Shown in pieces: positions 59,241 through 64,000 of a DNA stretch of 64,000 bases (positions within the stretch are counted from its first letter, which is position 1; every line of letters begins with the position of its first letter). Source of the DNA: the human T2T-CHM13v2.0 reference genome, Homo sapiens. A program made the position numbers and the translations under genes. The DNA lies in assembly GCF_009914755.1 (NCBI RefSeq), contig NC_060926.1. One strand, written 5' to 3'. A model generated the notes under the pieces. The model saw nothing but the letters and a program-made list of their open reading frames with translations. It made no database searches and was not told the origin of the DNA.

Positions 59241-59689
59241 TCAGGAGGCTGAGGCACAAGAATAGCTTGAACTGGGAGGCAGAGGTTGCAGTGAGCCGAG
59301 ATTGGGCCACTGCACTTCAGCCTGGGCAACAGGGCGAGACTGTCTCAAAAACAAACAAAAAAAAGGGCAAAATAAATAATACATGAATTTGATTTGAACA
59401 TAATTGAACACAATTGTGGAAATCAAATAATCTCAGCTGAATTAAGATTTAATTGGGCTATGTTTGTCTTTTTATTTCTCAGTGGCCCTATTTATGTATT
59501 TGTTTATCTTAGAAGTTGACTCAGTTCCTTATGATAGGACTTACAGGTATACAGCCAAATAATGTTCCCATTTAATAACTTTTAAAATGAAGCTCAGAGG
59601 CCTAAGGTATGAGGCAATGCCCCAAGGCATCATTCCAAGACAAGGATAAGGTGTGAGCTAGGGTTATGGTTACTATCCTTCAGCCTAAT

Positions 59690-59825
59690 GACAGGCTATC
59701 TGTATCAGAATCACCTGGAAAAATTCTTAGCCATGCAGAAACTCAAGTCTCCCTGACCCCAAGAATCATATTCAGCTGATCCAGGGAGGGTCCTGGAGAT
59801 GTGTGTTTTAAAACACCTCAGCTAA
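59690..59825. mobile_element. MER5-type hAT-Charlie DNA transposon fragment
   Basis: atcagaatcacctgg...atgcaga...tcagct...ggtcctggaga..tgttttaa pattern. Confidence 0.6.
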
Positions 59826-60123
59826 TTCACAATTATCAAGAAATCTAGGCTTCTCTTATTTAGTTTGAAATCATACAGAAATGTAAATGCAATTTTTATT
59901 TGGCCTTCAGTTTGAAAAAAGGCTCTTTTGGAAGAAAGGATCCACACCACATCCCTAGAGAAATGATTAGATTGAAGGCATGGCTTGCAAGCCTCACATT
60001 GAGAAAAAACAAAACAAAACTTAGAGCAGAAACCCAATAGGTTTTCCAATTGCCCTGATCTGTGGGAACTAAGACCTTCAAAGATTCTAGACAGTTTTAT
60101 TGGAGTATGGGTGCGGCAACTCA

Positions 60124-60363
<240 letters not shown>

Positions 60364-60547
60364 TTAGGTTAGCAGGTCACCAGGGAAGCTCAGACTTAGA
60401 ACAAATAGAAATGAGTAGTCTCAAAAATAGACAAGTGAGATTGCATCAAACAACAACAACAATGGAAACTATCGACAGAGCGAAGAGACAGACTATGGAA
60501 TGGGAGAATATATTTGCAAACTATGCATCTGATAAGGGCTAATGTTA

Positions 60548-60793
<246 letters not shown>

Positions 60794-61571
60794 TCACCTG
60801 AGGTTGGGAGTTTGAGACCAGCCTGACCAACATGGAGAAACCCTGTCTCTACTAAAAATACAAAAATTAGCCTGGTGTGACCGGGCGCAGTGGCTCACGC
60901 CTGTAATCCCAGCACTTTGGGAGGCCAAGGTGGGCGGGTCACCTGAGGTCAGGAGTTTCAGATCAGCCTGACCAACAAGGTGAAAACCTGTCTCTACAAA
61001 AAATACAAAATTACCCAGGCGTGGTGGCAGGTGCCTGTAATCCCAGCCACTTGGGAGGCTGAGGCAGCAGAACTGCTTGAACCCGGTAGGCGGAGGTTGC
61101 AGTGCAGTGAGCCAAGACTGCACCATTGCACTCTGGCCTGGGCAACAGGGGTGAAACTCTGTCTCAAAAAAAAAAAAAAAAAAAAAAAAAGGCCGGGGGG
61201 CAAAGTACCTGAATAGACATTTCTCAAAAGAAGATATACAAATGGCTAACGGGTATATGAAAAAAGTACTCTAATAATCAGGGAAATGCAAATCAAAATC
61301 ACAGTAAGATATCACCTCACACCTGTTAGAATGGCTGTTATAAAAAAAGACAAAATATAACAAGTATTGGTGAGGATGTGGGGAAAAGAGAAAAGAGAAC
61401 CCTTCTCGTACACTATTGGTGGGAATGTAAATTGGTACTACCATTAGGGACAACAGTATGGAGAATCCTCAAAAATAAATAAATAAAAAATTTAAAAGGC
61501 TAAGAACATCTTAAATTTGAATAGATATTGCCAAGTTGCTTTTCAAAAATATACCACCCAGAGTATGTTAG

Positions 61572-61883
<312 letters not shown>

Positions 61884-62602
61884 TGATCTGCCTGCCTCGG
61901 CCTCCCAAAGTGCTGGGATTACAGTCATGAGTCACCATGCCTGGCCCAAGTAACATCAATCTTTTTAATTTTGATGATACATTAATTAAAAAAAGATATC
62001 CTGTTTTAATTTGCACTTATTTAATTATAGGTGAAGCTAAACATCTTTTCCTATGTTTATTGCCCAGTTGTATTTCCTCTTCAATTTCTTGCCTATTCAA
62101 GTTTTTTTGTTTATTTCTTTACTGAGTTGATCATTTTTTTTCTTTCTGGCTTGTAAGGGCTCTTTGTACATCAGAAAAATTCTATTGTCTTCCCAATCTC
62201 CTACAATGTTAATTTCATCCTCTCGCTACTGGAATTTTACTCTCAATTTATTATAAGTTTCTACTGCAAAGCTCTTTTTTATTCTTAATTCTCCATGATC
62301 ACTTCAGCATTTGGGATTACTGAACAGCTCTTTCTTAAAATTTTCTACTCACTTCCTTTTCATAATACTGATTTATTTCATTTCTCTCTGTTTCTTAAAT
62401 TAAGAAAAATTATCTTAATTTTTCTCCTCTATCTTTACTTTCTATTCCTCTTCCTATTAACGTACCCAAAGTTATATCCATTGTTCTCTCTATACCAGAG
62501 TTTCTTGCTCTGTTACAGAGGCTGGAGTGTAGTGGCACAATCACGGCTCACCACAACCTTGACCTCCTAGGCTAAAGCGATCCTCCTGCCTCAACCTACT
62601 AA

Positions 62603-62858
<256 letters not shown>

Positions 62859-63069
62859 TAGCCAGGATGGTCTCGATCTCCTGATCTCGTGATCTTTCCG
62901 CCTCGGCCTCCCAAAGTGCTGGGATTACAGGTGTGAGCCACCGCACCCGGCCAAAAAAATTCTTTTATAGAGACAGGGTCGCACTATGTTGCCCGGGCTG
63001 GTCTCAAACTCCTGGGTTCAAGTGATCATTCCACCTTGGCCTCCCAAAGTACTGGGATTACAGGCATGA

Positions 63070-63313
<244 letters not shown>

Positions 63314-63567
63314 TGAGGTAGTAGAGTCGCCTGAACCTGGGAGGCAGAGGTTGCAATGAGCCAAGATTGTGCCACTGAACTCTAGCCTGGGTAACAGAGT
63401 GAGACTCCATCTCACAAAAAAAAAAAAAAAAAGATATATGTAGCTAAATGCTCATTGCTGCTTTATTTATAATAATAAATGATGAATGTTATCCCAATGT
63501 CCACAGGTAGTTACTAATTAAATGCTGGCATATTTGGACAGTGGAATATTCTGCTGGTTAAAAATTA

Positions 63568-63858
<291 letters not shown>

Positions 63859-64000
63859 TTAAAAAAAAAAAAGGCTGGGTGCAGTGGCTCACACCTGTAA
63901 TCCCAGCACTTTGGGAGGCCGAGGCAGGCGGATCACGAGGTCAGGAGTTCAAGACCAGCCTGGCCGACATGGTGAAACCCCATCTCTACTAAAAATACAA

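Overview
Human genomic DNA recognisable as the gene-dense 2p23 cluster, identified from the encoded proteins rather than a database search. From left to right: EIF2B4 (- strand, 13 coding exons, 523 aa) lies head-to-head with SNX17 (+ strand, 15 coding exons, 470 aa) across a CpG-island promoter, with their ATGs 430 bp apart. SNX17 lies tail-to-tail with ZNF513 (- strand, 4 exons, 541 aa), and their 3' ends overlap. PPM1G (- strand, 10 exons, 546 aa) ends only a few hundred bp upstream of ZNF513. I assembled all four CDSs by hand from GT-AG boundaries, and each closes in frame. The 22-kb PPM1G intron 1 holds a full-length ferritin heavy chain retrocopy (FTH1P3-like) with an intact iron-responsive element, fragmented old L1 and many Alus. 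The last ~15.5 kb is Alu-saturated intergenic DNA with MLT1, other LTR, MER5A, L2 and L1 remnants. I see no convincing new protein-coding system. The most interesting signals are regulatory or structural: the IRE-bearing two-ORF retrocopy in PPM1G's sense orientation, uORFs in SNX17 and ZNF513, a non-canonical PPM1G poly(A) signal abutting the ZNF513 promoter, a triple nuclear-receptor half-site over the ZNF513 exon 1 donor, a candidate cryptic PPM1G exon, and several local template-switch scars.
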